Position numbers and translations under genes: made by a program
Virus record (IMG/VR): IMGVR_UViG_3300021960_000018
Direction: 5' to 3' (one strand)
Origin: a virus
Length of the DNA stretch: 64,000 nt
Notes under the pieces: generated by a model
What the model saw: only the letters and a program-made list of their open reading frames with translations
Databases searched by the model: none
What the model was told of the DNA's origin: nothing
Shown here: positions 36,008 to 48,198 of the stretch, one piece after another
Layout of the letters: the number at the start of each line of letters is the position of its first letter
Numbering within the stretch: position 1 is the stretch's first letter

Positions 36008-37207
36008 TTATACCTTCACTTCTACTTGACCTTCACCACTATTTATAGCGACGCCAACGGTTAGTCCTGGGAGATAGGTTTCTGATGCAATTCCAAATCC
36101 AGACCCACCTGCAATAATATAATTGCCCTTTTTAGCCAAACCATGAATTTTTACAGGAATTCTACCTTTAAGAGCAATAAACGGCCAAAGTGGATCATTT
36201 TGCTTTTCATCATCATCGTTCATTCTTAATCCAGGATTTTCGGAAACAACACCTGCAAGAGGAAGCCCAACTTGGTATAGTGTGACTTCATTTTTGCCAC
36301 CAATACCTAAAACCGTACCAATAGGATATTCTTTATCTGCATGATATCTTTCTGCGAGGTCAGCAAAGTTAGCTGACGTTGCATTACCAGAGAAAGTGCT
36401 ACAAGTTAAAGTATTACCTGTAAGCGTCATTTGAACCGTACCACCGGTTCCAGCATTATTCTCGGTATCACTATGCGATCCGCTAGTAAACCAACTAAAT
36501 CTGCTGGCGGATCTGAAGTATAAAGTGTTTGATTGAACGCCCAAACCGTAGCTAGAAGCATAAAGATCTACCATCTGTCTAGTTGCAGACCCGAATGATA
36601 TTTTAGAAGAAGTACCGAATTGCATATCGGTACCAGTAAACGCATCAGTAGTATCACTACGAAGGAATGATAGACTGTCAATGCCATCAAGTGTATCTGC
36701 GTTTGATGGTCCTGGAGGCCCAACTGGTCCGGTAGGTCCCGTAGGACCTTCGGGACCGGTAGGACCAGTCGGTCCGGTTGATCCAGTGTCCCCGACTGGA
36801 ATAGTAAAGTCGAATACAGCAGCCGTTGATGTACCAGAGTTTGTAACTGATACCGAACCACCCGCTGGACCTGTAGTAACAGTTCCAACAGCAATTGTCC
36901 CTGTTGGCCCGGTAGGTCCATTAGGTCCATTAGGACCAGTTGGTCCGGTTAAACCTCTAATCCCCCGAGTTAACCCAAAGTTAAATGTCGCAGCGGTTGT
37001 ATCACCAGAATTTGTTACAGTCGGCGTTTGGTCGGAATCTAATAGAGATACAGTGCCAATAGTAATTGTTGCAGCAGTACCCTTTGGAGCATCTTTAAAT
37101 GACGTGGCTTTCCAAATACCAGGATCAGAGTAATACGTATAGGTATTACCATTTATAGTATAAACCTGTCCATTCGTAGGACTGCCAGGAAAATTTAATC
37201 TAGCCAT
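36008..37207 (-). CDS. Collagen-like tail fibre protein with C-terminal ADLAERY-type chaperone domain
   Basis: [12 protein letters not shown]-terminus; GPT/GPN triplets; FADLAERY...GVVS.NP...[10 protein letters not shown]. Confidence 0.85.
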   Translation of the reverse strand: MARLNFPGSPTNGQVYTINGNTYTYYSDPGIWKATSFKDAPKGTAATITIGTVSLLDSDQTPTVTNSGDTTAATFNFGLTRGIRGLTGPTGPNGPNGPTGPTGTIAVGTVTTGPAGGSVSVTNSGTSTAAVFDFTIPVGDTGSTGPTGPTGPEGPTGPTGPVGPPGPSNADTLDGIDSLSFLRSDTTDAFTGTDMQFGTSSKISFGSATRQMVDLYASSYGLGVQSNTLYFRSASRFSWFTSGSHSDTENNAGTGGTVQMTLTGNTLTCSTFSGNATSANFADLAERYHADKEYPIGTVLGIGGKNEVTLYQVGLPLAGVVSENPGLRMNDDDEKQNDPLWPFIALKGRIPVKIHGLAKKGNYIIAGGSGFGIASETYLPGLTVGVAINSGEGQVEVKV

Positions 37208-38835
37208 TATGCTCCTGCTCCGTATAGTGTTTTAACAGCAGATCCTGCTGAGTTATATATGACAAGCGTTACTGCACTTTGCAACATTGCTTGATTGACC
37301 TGAACCTCGGAAACTTGCCCTCCGGCACTCGTTGAACCAAGAACCCGGTTGGCTGTTGCCACATTTTGCATACGGTTATATGTTACTGCATCAAATGCAA
37401 TCTTATCCGTAGTAACAGCCGAATCGGCCAATTTAAGATTAGATACGATGCCATCTGGGAGAATAGAAGGCGAAGCTTGAACCCATTGGGAGGTATCACT
37501 ATCTTGGAAGTAAATGTAAAGATCCCCAGCTGAATCATCCCACCAAAGCGCGCCAGAAGAAGGAGATGCAGGCGGGGTAGTACCAGTAGGAACAGCAGCC
37601 GAAGCCGCGATTGTAACTGTATCAGTAGTTGCATTCGTTGTAAGAGTAACACCAGCCCCAGCAGCTAATGTTAAGGTGTCATCATTTGTATCTGCTACAA
37701 TAGTTGATTGACCGCTAACTGCAATATTTTTAAAGATATTCTGCGAAGAACCTTTATCGGTGTTAGTAATAGTGATATCACTATCAAGCGGATTGTTAAT
37801 GCTAAACGTTGCACTTCCGCTAATACCGGATCCAGCAAATACCTTAATTGTACTATTATACACGGTTGGGATCGTTGGCGTATTCGAGAAGTTATTATAA
37901 TTTAAATAATAAGATCCAGCTTGTCCGCCTAATGTATCAGCATCCACTCCGCTTAGAGTATTAATAAACGAAGCATTAACTCTTAAATCGATATCGCTAT
38001 CGACTCTTGATTTCAAATAATATAGATTAGTTCCTTCGGATAAATCGGTAGTACTAGATGCGGCGATTGCTACTCCGAAATCAGAATCAAATCCTAAATA
38101 AATTCCAGATAGATTTCCTGCAGTTAATGTTCCGGCAATCGTAACATTGCCAGAGCCATCTTTTGATACAAGAGTACCAGAAGTTGGCAAAGTAACTGAA
38201 GTATTTCCTGATGTAGTTAAAGTAGTTGTATGTGCACCAGAAGTAGTGAATGCACCTCCAAGAGTTAACCCGCCCCCAAGTGTAATTGTCTTATCGCCAT
38301 TTTTAATATCGAATGTTAATAGTCTATCTTGGGTAAGAGCAGTTGTACTAGTCGATGCGAATCTTGTATCATAACTTGTAGTTGTAGTATCTCTAAGACC
38401 GAACGTAGAAATCTTAGTAAGAGATGCAGGTCCAGTAATAGTAGGACCAGTAATAGTAGGAGACGTTAGTGTTTTATTAGTAAGAGTTTGAGTAGCACCA
38501 ATACCCACAAGAGTTTCACCAGAAACGGCGGCATTAATCTGGTTAAATGTCGAAACTAAAGTGTTATTTGATAGGTTAATGGTTTTATTCGTTAAGGTTT
38601 GGGTAGAAGTTAGATATGCAACTTTTGAAGAATCTACATTGATGGTAGCAGTAGCTTCATGAGAACCACTACCGGTTACTATAATACCATTACCGTGAAT
38701 AACCCCAGCTAAGTATGGCCCGCTAGTACCGGAGTCTAGCGGGATTACCGATGCATCGATGATATTTGTAACCGTAGCAGAATCTAGACCTTGAGCTAGA
38801 GACGTGCTTAAGAAACTGCTTAGTTTAACTACCAT
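37207..38835 (-). CDS. Tail fibre/virion structural protein
   Basis: TQTLTNKT repeats, [24 protein letters not shown]. Confidence 0.8.
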   Translation of the reverse strand: MVVKLSSFLSTSLAQGLDSATVTNIIDASVIPLDSGTSGPYLAGVIHGNGIIVTGSGSHEATATINVDSSKVAYLTSTQTLTNKTINLSNNTLVSTFNQINAAVSGETLVGIGATQTLTNKTLTSPTITGPTITGPASLTKISTFGLRDTTTTSYDTRFASTSTTALTQDRLLTFDIKNGDKTITLGGGLTLGGAFTTSGAHTTTLTTSGNTSVTLPTSGTLVSKDGSGNVTIAGTLTAGNLSGIYLGFDSDFGVAIAASSTTDLSEGTNLYYLKSRVDSDIDLRVNASFINTLSGVDADTLGGQAGSYYLNYNNFSNTPTIPTVYNSTIKVFAGSGISGSATFSINNPLDSDITITNTDKGSSQNIFKNIAVSGQSTIVADTNDDTLTLAAGAGVTLTTNATTDTVTIAASAAVPTGTTPPASPSSGALWWDDSAGDLYIYFQDSDTSQWVQASPSILPDGIVSNLKLADSAVTTDKIAFDAVTYNRMQNVATANRVLGSTSAGGQVSEVQVNQAMLQSAVTLVIYNSAGSAVKTLYGAGA

Positions 38836-38849
38836 TCTTTATTCTTTCT

Positions 38850-41762
38850 TTATGCCTGAGCTTCAGACCATCTTAACATTGTTGACACCCGAGCGTTACC
38901 TGTAGTAGTTCTAATATTAATAGCTAGAATGTCAGGACCATCTGGGAATTTAAAGTCACCTCCCAATGGTGCGCCCGTAAGTTCTTTTAGATCGGTAAGA
39001 GGAAGCGTTTCAGAAATAGATCCCGTATCTGCACATGGGAACACCGCACCGAAGATCTGTTCACCGGGTAGAGCATATGTTCCAGTTGAATATGTAACCG
39101 ATGTGGCAATCTGAGCAAAGCTAGGCTGTCCACCATCCGCTTGGGATGTTAAGCTTTGCCACGTTGCTGATACATAATTCCTTGGATTTAGAATGCCTTC
39201 AACGATAATAGCACCTGAAGAAGTACCGTTCGCTCCGGCAATTGTAATAGCCTGTAGCAATAGTTGTGATCTATTCAAAAGCTGTTTAGCCCCCAGTCGT
39301 CCAACTAGCCCGTTATCAACAGAAGGAGCCAAACGAATTAAGAACTGAGTTAGTTTAGTTGTAGTTGTATAGATATGTTCACGTTGAAAGTTAAACATAT
39401 AACCACGATCATATGTAAATCCACCATCCATCATTAAAGCTGAACCCCAGTGAGTTAGGGTCGGCGAACAGGTATTGGAAACCTCTAATACCCCGGTTCC
39501 AGATGTATGAGGAACTGCCGAACCCGCGGTTAGGTTATTAGTAGAACCCTGTTGATATTGTACTAATGTACCGGCTCGAGTACACCCAGTAAAGTTACCG
39601 GGCCCGTCAGTAGCAGATCTCCCGGTATAATTGATAATTTCGTTGTCAATATATAAGGTACCGGTGTCCGTAAATTCCTGAAGATCTGCACATGGAATTG
39701 TCGTAGCAGATGAATCGATATTAGAAGTTAAGTAAGTTAAAGGCGCATCATTGTCAATAGAGTAACGAACCGGAAGGTTGCCGGATCTCATATAGGCTTC
39801 ATTATTTACGTTGTTATTTTTAATTCTATGGACATATACCCACTTACCATCAGAACCGCGAACCATAAAGTGAATAAAGCCTGCACCATACCAAGAATAT
39901 TCAATGCCGACCATCTGCATTTTATTAAAGTTCCAGTTATATCCGGAAGGGCCTGTACCATCGCATTTGTCAAGGTTCCACTTCACTTGCGGAATTCTTC
40001 TTTCAGTAATCGCCTGCGCACGCACGCCTGAAGCAGTAATACCTCTATAGTCTGGAGAAATATAAATCTGGGTATTACTTACTACTTGTGTAACAAAGTG
40101 GGTCATACCTCTGATAATAATTCTTTCACCGGCATGGAGTTGTTCCGAGAATCTGGTATTGGTGCCAGTAATTGACTGACTATTCTGAGTGACCGCCAAA
40201 GTACCGGAAATATTATTAGTTGATGTACGAGAAACGCAGAACATTTGGTTGCCGTCAAATTCGAAGAACACGCCGTTTTGGTCATCGAATAATCCACCAC
40301 GAACCGCAGCACCAATCCAAGATTTTACGTAAACCGAGGATCTTGCCGCAAGAACTGCAGTTGTATCGCCTAATGCTCCAGTAGCTAAAACTTTAAATGT
40401 ATAGTCGTCTACAATACTATCAACGGTATATTGGCCTTCATATCCACTAGTTAATACCCCAGAAAGTTGAACGACGGCGCCGGGCTGAAGGCCGTGATCA
40501 ATATCGTCGGTTTTAACAGTAATTTCTGATCCTGAAGTAGTTCCGGATGCCGTAATGCTTTGGATATCATAGTTCGGTGCAAATAATGTACCCGAAGACC
40601 AAAGGAAACCTTTACCAGATTGATATCTGAAATACCGTTTGGTTTGACGGACCACCTGAGCCGCATATGTTGGGGTTTTTGTAGAAAGAATAACACCACC
40701 ATCAGCAGGTCTATGAACAATAGTAGAGTTAGAAAGTGCATAGAAAGTGGCATTAGAAGGAGAAGTAACTGAAGCACCCGGTCTTGCAGTATACGTCAAT
40801 GAAGTTAAACTAGGGGTAGATTTAATAAAGAATGGACCAGAGGCATATGATACATTTGTACCAGAAGCGATATCAACGTGGATATTTGTTCCTGGAATTA
40901 GACCATGAGGGGCAGAAAAGTTAACCGTAATTACAGATGGATCAGAACCATCTGATGAAACGCTGCTTACGGGAATACTCGCATTTTCATATAAAGCCCC
41001 TAATTTTACTAGAGTTTCTTCTGTATATAATGATTGACCACTGGCTGTACCTACTAAGCCACGAGCAAAATAACTAAGGCTAGTAGAAGACGGAACAGCA
41101 TAGATAATAAAACTACCATCGGCACGAGAGAATCCTGACGTACCGGCATTTAATCCGGATACGTTTACTACATTACCAACTGAAAGACCGTGGCTTGTTG
41201 TGAATGTAACAGTAATAACACTATTTGTAGTAGAAGTAGTCTGATAATCTGTTGTCATAGTGCTAACAACTAGATCAACACCCGGTAATTCATATACTGA
41301 TGGATAACCTTTCACAGTACCATAACCAGCCCATTTAGTAGGTTGCAGGCCATATTCAAAGTCAGCATCGATCATTGCCTGTGGATTAGATACCCGCATA
41401 CGTTCAATAGCGTCTGTACCAAATGCCCATGGTCTAATTGTTTGCCCGTAATCTTCTTGATCTTCAACATAAATTTGTAGTTTATCAGTTGAACTCATTG
41501 CAGAAGCATTATACTGCAAAGTAAATGTGGTATAACCATCATGAGCCTGAGTAATCCTAGGGAAGTTAGTACCATCAGCTTCTGTAAATACGGCAGTAGT
41601 TCCGGCAAATGAAGCATCTGCAAAGTTATATAAAACAACATTATCGGTTACGTTAGTAATCAAAAGAAGTTTATCTAAAGTATATCGACCAGGAACTTCA
41701 ATTGTTGCAGATCCAGCAACTCCCGGTGTAAAATAATATTCTCTAATAAGCTTTTTAGCCAT
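38850..41762 (-). CDS. Large virion structural protein (beta-rich; baseplate or fibre associated)
   Basis: LLLITNVT N-terminus, RVSNPQAMIDADFEYGLQPTKW, RQTKRYFRYQSGKG, HWGS, W.EAQA end. Confidence 0.8.
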   Translation of the reverse strand: MAKKLIREYYFTPGVAGSATIEVPGRYTLDKLLLITNVTDNVVLYNFADASFAGTTAVFTEADGTNFPRITQAHDGYTTFTLQYNASAMSSTDKLQIYVEDQEDYGQTIRPWAFGTDAIERMRVSNPQAMIDADFEYGLQPTKWAGYGTVKGYPSVYELPGVDLVVSTMTTDYQTTSTTNSVITVTFTTSHGLSVGNVVNVSGLNAGTSGFSRADGSFIIYAVPSSTSLSYFARGLVGTASGQSLYTEETLVKLGALYENASIPVSSVSSDGSDPSVITVNFSAPHGLIPGTNIHVDIASGTNVSYASGPFFIKSTPSLTSLTYTARPGASVTSPSNATFYALSNSTIVHRPADGGVILSTKTPTYAAQVVRQTKRYFRYQSGKGFLWSSGTLFAPNYDIQSITASGTTSGSEITVKTDDIDHGLQPGAVVQLSGVLTSGYEGQYTVDSIVDDYTFKVLATGALGDTTAVLAARSSVYVKSWIGAAVRGGLFDDQNGVFFEFDGNQMFCVSRTSTNNISGTLAVTQNSQSITGTNTRFSEQLHAGERIIIRGMTHFVTQVVSNTQIYISPDYRGITASGVRAQAITERRIPQVKWNLDKCDGTGPSGYNWNFNKMQMVGIEYSWYGAGFIHFMVRGSDGKWVYVHRIKNNNVNNEAYMRSGNLPVRYSIDNDAPLTYLTSNIDSSATTIPCADLQEFTDTGTLYIDNEIINYTGRSATDGPGNFTGCTRAGTLVQYQQGSTNNLTAGSAVPHTSGTGVLEVSNTCSPTLTHWGSALMMDGGFTYDRGYMFNFQREHIYTTTTKLTQFLIRLAPSVDNGLVGRLGAKQLLNRSQLLLQAITIAGANGTSSGAIIVEGILNPRNYVSATWQSLTSQADGGQPSFAQIATSVTYSTGTYALPGEQIFGAVFPCADTGSISETLPLTDLKELTGAPLGGDFKFPDGPDILAINIRTTTGNARVSTMLRWSEAQA

Positions 41763-41772
41763 TATAAATTTC

Positions 41773-44700
41773 CTATCCTAGTGCAATTGCATATGCGATT
41801 GATTGTGTTTGTGTTGCAAAACTAGCAACGTCTGCTGAATCACCTTTTAATCCCTGTGGTCCTCTTTGACCGATAGATGAGTAAATGTTCCATGTGTTAT
41901 TTATGTAGATAAATTCAACTATACTTTGTCCCAAATCTAATTCAAAGTTATCAGAATATCCTTCGATCGTCGAACCGTTACGATTAACTAAGACCGTATT
42001 AGCGCCACTCCAGTTAGATACATCGATTAATTTAACATAATCCCCCGTTGTAGGATTAATAGGCAAGGTACATTGTACCTGCCCGTTCGTTGTATTTACT
42101 GCATATCTACCAGCTGAAACAGCAGTGAAATCGGAATCATATACGGTATAATTCGTCGAGAATACTCGGAAGTCAGAATCGAAGCCAAGATATTGACCGC
42201 GTAGCCTACCAAAGTTCCAAGTAGGAAGATTCCAACCAGGTCCTCCAATATTAATAGTAGTTGCAGGTGGGGAACTATCTAAGGTGTCCTGAATCAATCC
42301 ATCAAAGACATACCATTCACCGTTTGTAGCATCACGAATAAAACCAGTGTGACGGGATGTTGTACCACCATCATCAGAGTAGTGACCAATAATACCGATA
42401 TCCACTACGTCGTCAGTATTACTATCTGCAACGTGAATGAATGAGCTATTAACAGAAAGCGTAGACTGTGATACAGTTGTTTGAGTACCAGCAACGTAAA
42501 GGTCGCCTTCGATAACCACGTTATTCAGAACAGTCATACCGCTGAATTGGACGGAGTCGTTGGTGCCTACTGCTTGCCCAATGCTAATTTGACCGTTAGT
42601 AAGTGTTACGCCCGTACCCGCGCTGAAGTGCGACCGCACCTCCGCCGCGCTCGGGCCCGTATACGTAAGAACGCCAGTAGTAGCATTATATGTAATAGAA
42701 CCGTCACCACCATTATCACTTATGCTAATTGCATGACGAGCAGTAGATGTTGTGGTAGCAGAGTCGTAATACTTATTAGTAGAACCTTGTGGAAGATCGT
42801 CAGTAGTCGAAGCACCAAGATCAGAATCAAATCTTGCTGTAGTATAATACTTATTTGTGCCTTCTGCAAGAGCAGTAGTAGTGTGGTTAGCAATGCTAGA
42901 AACGGTGCCAGTTACGCCCCCGATAAACTTACCAGTGCCATTTGTACCTGCTGTGATATTATTTGCAACAACGATATCCTGTGCTCTGATAGTCTTATCA
43001 ACACCTAGACCCCCGACCAGCGTAACCGATGCCGAGGTTTTTGTGGTTGCTTCAGTTGAAGATTTAAATGAAGTATTACCAGTATTTGCTGCGATTGTAA
43101 GAAGATCGTCACCTGTGGTTAAACCAATAGGGCTGGTGCCCATATTTTTTCTAAATGCAAATCCAGTTGCAGCAGCTTGAGTACCAAATACGAATTGAGA
43201 ATTAGGAGTAACTCCGATAGCATGCGTATATTTGTTATGAACACCGATACCAATAATAGAGGCTGTGGTAGAATCTTGAGATACAAATTCAAATAAGGTT
43301 TCAGTACTATCTCCTAGACTTCTATCATGATTGAATGAAAGTCCGCCGTATTGCTGACCGTAAATAGGAGAACTATCTACAGTAACCGAATTAAACGTAA
43401 CATCCGCAGTTGTTCCAACATCCTGTCCAATTGCGATCTGGCCTGAAGTAATTGTAACACCGGTTCCTTGGGAGAAGTGGGCTCTGACTTCTGAAGCGGA
43501 AGGTCCAGTATAGGTAATAACACCAGTTCCGGAATTATAGGCGAGAGATCCATCCCCGCCAGCATCTGTTACCGAAATAGCAGATCTTGCTCTGGCATTA
43601 GTAAAGTATTGGTTTGTACCTTCAGCTAAATTTGTAGTAGTATTATCGGCAAAATCAGAATCGAATCTTGCTGTAGTATAATACTTATTTGTTTCACCTT
43701 CAAGAATATCATCTGTATCAGGAATATGATCTTGTCTAACAAAGATAGAACCATTAATCCCATCTTTTTTAGTAACAACAGCAATTTGTTGAACGTGATT
43801 TCCAACGGAGGGCTTAACGTTGGTTAAAGCGCCTTTAGTCGAAGTATGCATATAGAGGAAATCGCCTTCATTAAATGCAGACGTATCAATACCTCTAACT
43901 TTACCGTAGATAGTAATATATCCAGCTTCATCTGAATTAAAATCTTGAGTAGTAATACCCAAAATCTTTTCAGGGTCAAATCCTACAGAATTAGGATCAC
44001 ACTTAGAAATCCAAATAGTATCAAATCCGGCACTATCGAACATAACCAACGAACCGTCTGGAATGATTTCAGTCGATTTAACATACATATGTTGTTCTTG
44101 GCCAACTTGCAGGGTAACACCTGTTCCTGCATAAGCTAAGTCAACCGTATGATCAACGTTATTCCAACTAAAGGTCGCATTGTTACCTAGTCCGATAGCT
44201 GTTAAATGACCGTCACCGATATCGGAATCCGCTCTGGATCTATAATAAAATTTATTAATTGAACCTTCAGAGAAGTCATCAGTTGTATTAGGTCTTCCTG
44301 TGATATTAGACCATGCTACTGAACCGATAAATTCTGAAGCTTGTACTGGGGCAAGAGTATATCCTGTAGCACTTGTATTAACATAGGTGCTATCGATAAA
44401 CTGTTGAGTTGAACCTTTAAAGAATTTCCAACGACCGTCTGTAGCATCATGGAATACACCAGAGTTTAGTGTTTGCCCGCCTGAGTAATAGCTACCAATA
44501 AGACCCACGTCAACGTATGTTGTCGCACTATCGTTAAGAATAATAAGTGGGCTGGCAGTAGAAACCGAAGCAACGTTATTAACGGTTTGCGTTCCAGTAA
44601 CCGTTAGGTTTTCAACCGTGACCGAAGCAAAGTTTACGCTGTCTTTATTATAAAGGTTCGTCCAATTAAGTAAACCGTCAAATTCCCCAGCTTTCAGCGT

Positions 44701-46269
44701 TGGGAGATTAAAGCTAATGTGGTTCGTATTGATCGTGCTACCAATAGCCTGATTATATCCATCAAATACTGTAATAGCTTCTGTAGAAGCATCTCTGAAA
44801 ATACCAGCAAATAAACTATCGGCATCATAATAGTTAAAGAAAATACCTACGTCAATAGCATCACTTGGGTTACCATCGGCAAGGAAGATCTTCGAATCAG
44901 AGACGGTCAGCGTTGCTTGGTTAACGGTCGTCGTAGTACCTTGAACATTAAGATTACCCGTAATATCAGCATTAGTAGCAGAAAGATCCCCACTTATACT
45001 AATATCAACAACAGTACCACCAGATAGAAGTGATCTAACAGAGCTATCTTTATAGTAAAGATTGGTAGAACCTTCGCTTAAATTATCTGTTGACTTTGTA
45101 GCTAATCTATTATCAAAATCGGTATTCTTATAAGTTGTAACACTGAATTGACCTGTAGAAGAATCATAAGAAATATCACCTGTTACTGAGAATAGGTTTC
45201 GTACTTGTTGATTCGTTCTTTGGGTAAAGCTAAATTGCCCAGTAGAAGAATCATATGCAAGATCCCCGGAAACTGAGAATAGATCCCGCACACCTTGATC
45301 CGTCCGCCCAGTATAGGAGAACTGACCGGTGGCAGAATCATATGCAAGATCGCCTGCAACGCTAAAGATATTTCTTATATTAGCACTATCAAGGACGTTT
45401 GGTGTATTTGTAAAATTGGTATAATCTAAGTAATATCCGGGAGAAGCACTATCAAGAGTAATAGCATTAACTCCGAGACCATTAATAAATCCAGATGTTA
45501 CACGATTATCAATTGCAGTATATGCACGGTTATCAGTAAAGTAAAGATTCGTAGAACCTTCACCTAAACTATCAGTAGTAGCAACACCAAAACGAGTATT
45601 AAAATCAGAATCGAATTCTGACTTAGTATAATAATCCGTATTATAACTAAATGTACCAGTAGAGGAATCATAAGAAAGATCCCCGCCAGCATTGAATAAC
45701 GCCCTGACCTGAGTATCGGTTCTCTCAGTATAAGAAAATACGCCAGTTGCCTGATTATAACTTAATGAGCCAGAAGCACCGAATAATGCTCTAACTTCAG
45801 AGTCTGTAATTTCAGGGGTTTCTGTAAAGCTAAACTGACCAGTAGCAGAATCATATAAAAGATCACCAGAAACACTAAAGATTGATTTAATGTTATCAGA
45901 ATCTAAATTTTGTCCTGCTGGAACGTTAGTTAGATTATTATAATCTAAATAATAAGAACCTAACTGACCATTTAACGTTTTTGCGTCAATGTGTTTATTA
46001 TTTAAATAGCTTGAATCAATAAGGGAATACACTTCCGCAGGAGTAGTATAAGCACTATCTGCATATGCAAGAATACCACTCTGAAGATTGGCTCCGATGA
46101 TTGCAACACGATCAGAGTCAATAAAATGTTTAATTTGGTTGGAAGAGTTTTTATAATAGAGTCTACCATCGGCATAGTTAAGAGCAACTTCACCGTAATC
46201 AAGATCTCCTACTGCCGGCGCATTAGAAGATACCGAAGATTTTTTAAGTATAATCTTAGTTGTAGACAT
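41773..46269 (-). CDS. Long repetitive tail fibre protein
   Basis: GEVALNYADGRLYYK N-terminus; internal repeats; IAYAIALG end. Confidence 0.85.
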   Translation of the reverse strand: MSTTKIILKKSSVSSNAPAVGDLDYGEVALNYADGRLYYKNSSNQIKHFIDSDRVAIIGANLQSGILAYADSAYTTPAEVYSLIDSSYLNNKHIDAKTLNGQLGSYYLDYNNLTNVPAGQNLDSDNIKSIFSVSGDLLYDSATGQFSFTETPEITDSEVRALFGASGSLSYNQATGVFSYTERTDTQVRALFNAGGDLSYDSSTGTFSYNTDYYTKSEFDSDFNTRFGVATTDSLGEGSTNLYFTDNRAYTAIDNRVTSGFINGLGVNAITLDSASPGYYLDYTNFTNTPNVLDSANIRNIFSVAGDLAYDSATGQFSYTGRTDQGVRDLFSVSGDLAYDSSTGQFSFTQRTNQQVRNLFSVTGDISYDSSTGQFSVTTYKNTDFDNRLATKSTDNLSEGSTNLYYKDSSVRSLLSGGTVVDISISGDLSATNADITGNLNVQGTTTTVNQATLTVSDSKIFLADGNPSDAIDVGIFFNYYDADSLFAGIFRDASTEAITVFDGYNQAIGSTINTNHISFNLPTLKAGEFDGLLNWTNLYNKDSVNFASVTVENLTVTGTQTVNNVASVSTASPLIILNDSATTYVDVGLIGSYYSGGQTLNSGVFHDATDGRWKFFKGSTQQFIDSTYVNTSATGYTLAPVQASEFIGSVAWSNITGRPNTTDDFSEGSINKFYYRSRADSDIGDGHLTAIGLGNNATFSWNNVDHTVDLAYAGTGVTLQVGQEQHMYVKSTEIIPDGSLVMFDSAGFDTIWISKCDPNSVGFDPEKILGITTQDFNSDEAGYITIYGKVRGIDTSAFNEGDFLYMHTSTKGALTNVKPSVGNHVQQIAVVTKKDGINGSIFVRQDHIPDTDDILEGETNKYYTTARFDSDFADNTTTNLAEGTNQYFTNARARSAISVTDAGGDGSLAYNSGTGVITYTGPSASEVRAHFSQGTGVTITSGQIAIGQDVGTTADVTFNSVTVDSSPIYGQQYGGLSFNHDRSLGDSTETLFEFVSQDSTTASIIGIGVHNKYTHAIGVTPNSQFVFGTQAAATGFAFRKNMGTSPIGLTTGDDLLTIAANTGNTSFKSSTEATTKTSASVTLVGGLGVDKTIRAQDIVVANNITAGTNGTGKFIGGVTGTVSSIANHTTTALAEGTNKYYTTARFDSDLGASTTDDLPQGSTNKYYDSATTTSTARHAISISDNGGDGSITYNATTGVLTYTGPSAAEVRSHFSAGTGVTLTNGQISIGQAVGTNDSVQFSGMTVLNNVVIEGDLYVAGTQTTVSQSTLSVNSSFIHVADSNTDDVVDIGIIGHYSDDGGTTSRHTGFIRDATNGEWYVFDGLIQDTLDSSPPATTINIGGPGWNLPTWNFGRLRGQYLGFDSDFRVFSTNYTVYDSDFTAVSAGRYAVNTTNGQVQCTLPINPTTGDYVKLIDVSNWSGANTVLVNRNGSTIEGYSDNFELDLGQSIVEFIYINNTWNIYSSIGQRGPQGLKGDSADVASFATQTQSIAYAIALG
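45130..45900 (-). repeat. About six ~28 aa repeats VRxLFSVSGDLxYDSSTGQFS in fibre gene (approximate bounds)
   Basis: Seen in translation; TTDxLxEGxTNxYY units are also dispersed through the gene. Confidence 0.85.
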
Positions 46270-46304
46270 TTATTATATCTTCCTTAAAAAAGGTATTAGT
46301 TTAA

Positions 46305-46332
46305 AGTCTGGGATATAAAAATATCCCAGACT
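46305..46332. terminator. Perfect 12 bp hairpin between fibre genes
   Basis: AGTCTGGGATAT-AAAA-ATATCCCAGACT; near-consensus late promoter TATAAACA adjacent. Confidence 0.6.
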
Positions 46333-46341
46333 GTTTATATA

Positions 46342-47940
46342 TTAGTAAGTACCGCCGTCTAAAACTGATACAGTAACAAGACCACCGGTAACTGTAAACT
46401 GATCAGAGTCAAAGTTTGCAACACCCTTATTAGTAACCGAAGCATCTTCGGCTGCAATAGTAAAGGTACGAGAGCCGACGTTATAAGATAGATCAATGCC
46501 TTCGCCCTCGAATAGAGAAGTAGCAATAAGATCCAAAGTAGCATGGCTAAGTTTAGTACCAGAGAAATAAACGGTATTTGTCCCACCGATTGAATCAGCA
46601 AACTCTAGACCTTTATTGAGATCCCAACGATCTGTAGCGCCATCGTATAGAATGGTAGCTTTAGTGCCAGAGTAGCCAGCACCACCGATCGTAATACCGG
46701 CACCATCCGCAGCAGCAGCATTTGCAGCAGAATCAGCAAGTACTAGATTTAGATCGTTGATAGAAACTGTTGTCGAGTTAACAGTTGTGGTACTACCTTG
46801 AACAACTAGATCACCGCGAATAACAAGTTGACCAGCAAAGCCACCGGCAGAATCACCAACTGGAGCTGGGTCAATGTATAGTGAATTAGAAGCTGAAAGG
46901 TTAGAAATAACACTTCCGTCGATCTTGATATCATCAACGATAAGAGAAGTTAATCCGTCAACATCAGTTGTCGCTGCACCTAGGGTTAGGGTAGAAGAAC
47001 CTAAGGTGATAGTAGAATTAGCAAGCTGTGCATTCGAAACACCGCCTTCTTTAATTCTAACATGACCGGCAGTTACAATAAAGTCGCTATCTTCGAAGCT
47101 TGCAATACCTTTATTAGAGGTAGTTGCATCTTCACCTGAAATGGTAATAGTTGTGCCTGAAGCAACTGTATTAATACCTTCGCCAGCTGCGATAGTTAAA
47201 TCAGAATCAAGGATTGATACTGAACCAGTACCAGTCTCGCCTGCAAGGTTAAGTGTAGTAGCAACGCTAACAGTACTTGCAGCAGTTAAACGACCCTGTT
47301 GATCAACCGTAAATGTTGGAATAGCAGTTGCAGAACCGTATGAACCTGGAGAAACTGAAGTATTATCAAGATTAATTGTAACAGTATTATTTGTTACGGC
47401 AGATGATAGACCAGTTCCGCCAGTAATTGTAACGGCCGAATCCGCTAGATTAACGGTGTCTGAACCCGTGTCACCATTTACTGTAAAATATGATGCACCT
47501 GAAACCGCATCAACATAAGCCTTTGTAGCAGCATCTGTAGAAAGGGTTGGAGTTGCAAGATTCTTAATCTGATTGCTGCTAGCATCAATATCGCCAGTAG
47601 GATTAAGAATTAAATCACCAGAAGTAGTACTAATGGTATTACCATTAATATCGACGTTATCAACAATTAACTGATCAATCTTGCTACTACCATCTGTGAT
47701 AATAGCACTGTTGGCAGTAAGAGTACCGGGTGTATGATCCGCAAGATTTGCGAAATAGGCACCACCGATAACTTCTACGGTTGTTGCGTTACCCGAACCA
47801 TCATCGCCTTTACCAAAGAATAAGCGATCACCGAAGTTAGCTGATGTACCGGTACCGGCTGAGTATGCTAATTCACCGGTTTTAAGCGTTCCTGGCGCAG
47901 CGGTACCGGTAGACCTTTTAATCCTAATAATGGACGCCAT
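46342..47940 (-). CDS. Tail fibre/virion structural protein
   Basis: IIRIKRS...LKTGELAY N-terminus, DAATKAYVD, DQQGRLT, DGGTY end. Confidence 0.85.
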   Translation of the reverse strand: MASIIRIKRSTGTAAPGTLKTGELAYSAGTGTSANFGDRLFFGKGDDGSGNATTVEVIGGAYFANLADHTPGTLTANSAIITDGSSKIDQLIVDNVDINGNTISTTSGDLILNPTGDIDASSNQIKNLATPTLSTDAATKAYVDAVSGASYFTVNGDTGSDTVNLADSAVTITGGTGLSSAVTNNTVTINLDNTSVSPGSYGSATAIPTFTVDQQGRLTAASTVSVATTLNLAGETGTGSVSILDSDLTIAAGEGINTVASGTTITISGEDATTSNKGIASFEDSDFIVTAGHVRIKEGGVSNAQLANSTITLGSSTLTLGAATTDVDGLTSLIVDDIKIDGSVISNLSASNSLYIDPAPVGDSAGGFAGQLVIRGDLVVQGSTTTVNSTTVSINDLNLVLADSAANAAAADGAGITIGGAGYSGTKATILYDGATDRWDLNKGLEFADSIGGTNTVYFSGTKLSHATLDLIATSLFEGEGIDLSYNVGSRTFTIAAEDASVTNKGVANFDSDQFTVTGGLVTVSVLDGGTY

Positions 47941-48194
47941 TAGTAGCTTCCTCCGTTAATATTTTGATTTTCTAAATCGTTAGAAGCTGTCCACTTACTA
48001 GTTGAAGAATTATATATTAAAATGCTTCCGTTAATTTTACTTGTCGTATCTACATCACCAAGTGTTTCAATGCCAGCACCCGCAGCATTTACTCTCCGAA
48101 TTGGAGTACCAACCTTAATTGTTTTTACAATAGTAGTTTGGTCTGGTACAACTCTTTGAACTAGTGTTTGGTTGCTAGTTACCGTAATCGCCAT
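47940..48194 (-). CDS. Small virion-associated protein
   Basis: LGDVD...NGSILIYNSSTSKW, GGSY end. Confidence 0.7.
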   Translation of the reverse strand: MAITVTSNQTLVQRVVPDQTTIVKTIKVGTPIRRVNAAGAGIETLGDVDTTSKINGSILIYNSSTSKWTASNDLENQNINGGSY

Positions 48195-48198
48195 TCTA

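Noticed and set aside
41773-46269. Diversity-generating retroelement or invertible fibre tip
   Set aside because: No reverse transcriptase, invertase or adenine-specific template/variable repeat pair; the repeats are ordinary protein repeats.
36568-47065. Many short alternative-frame and antisense ORFs within fibre genes
   Set aside because: They are by-products of biased codon usage in Thr/Ser/Gly-rich genes and show no recognisable motifs.
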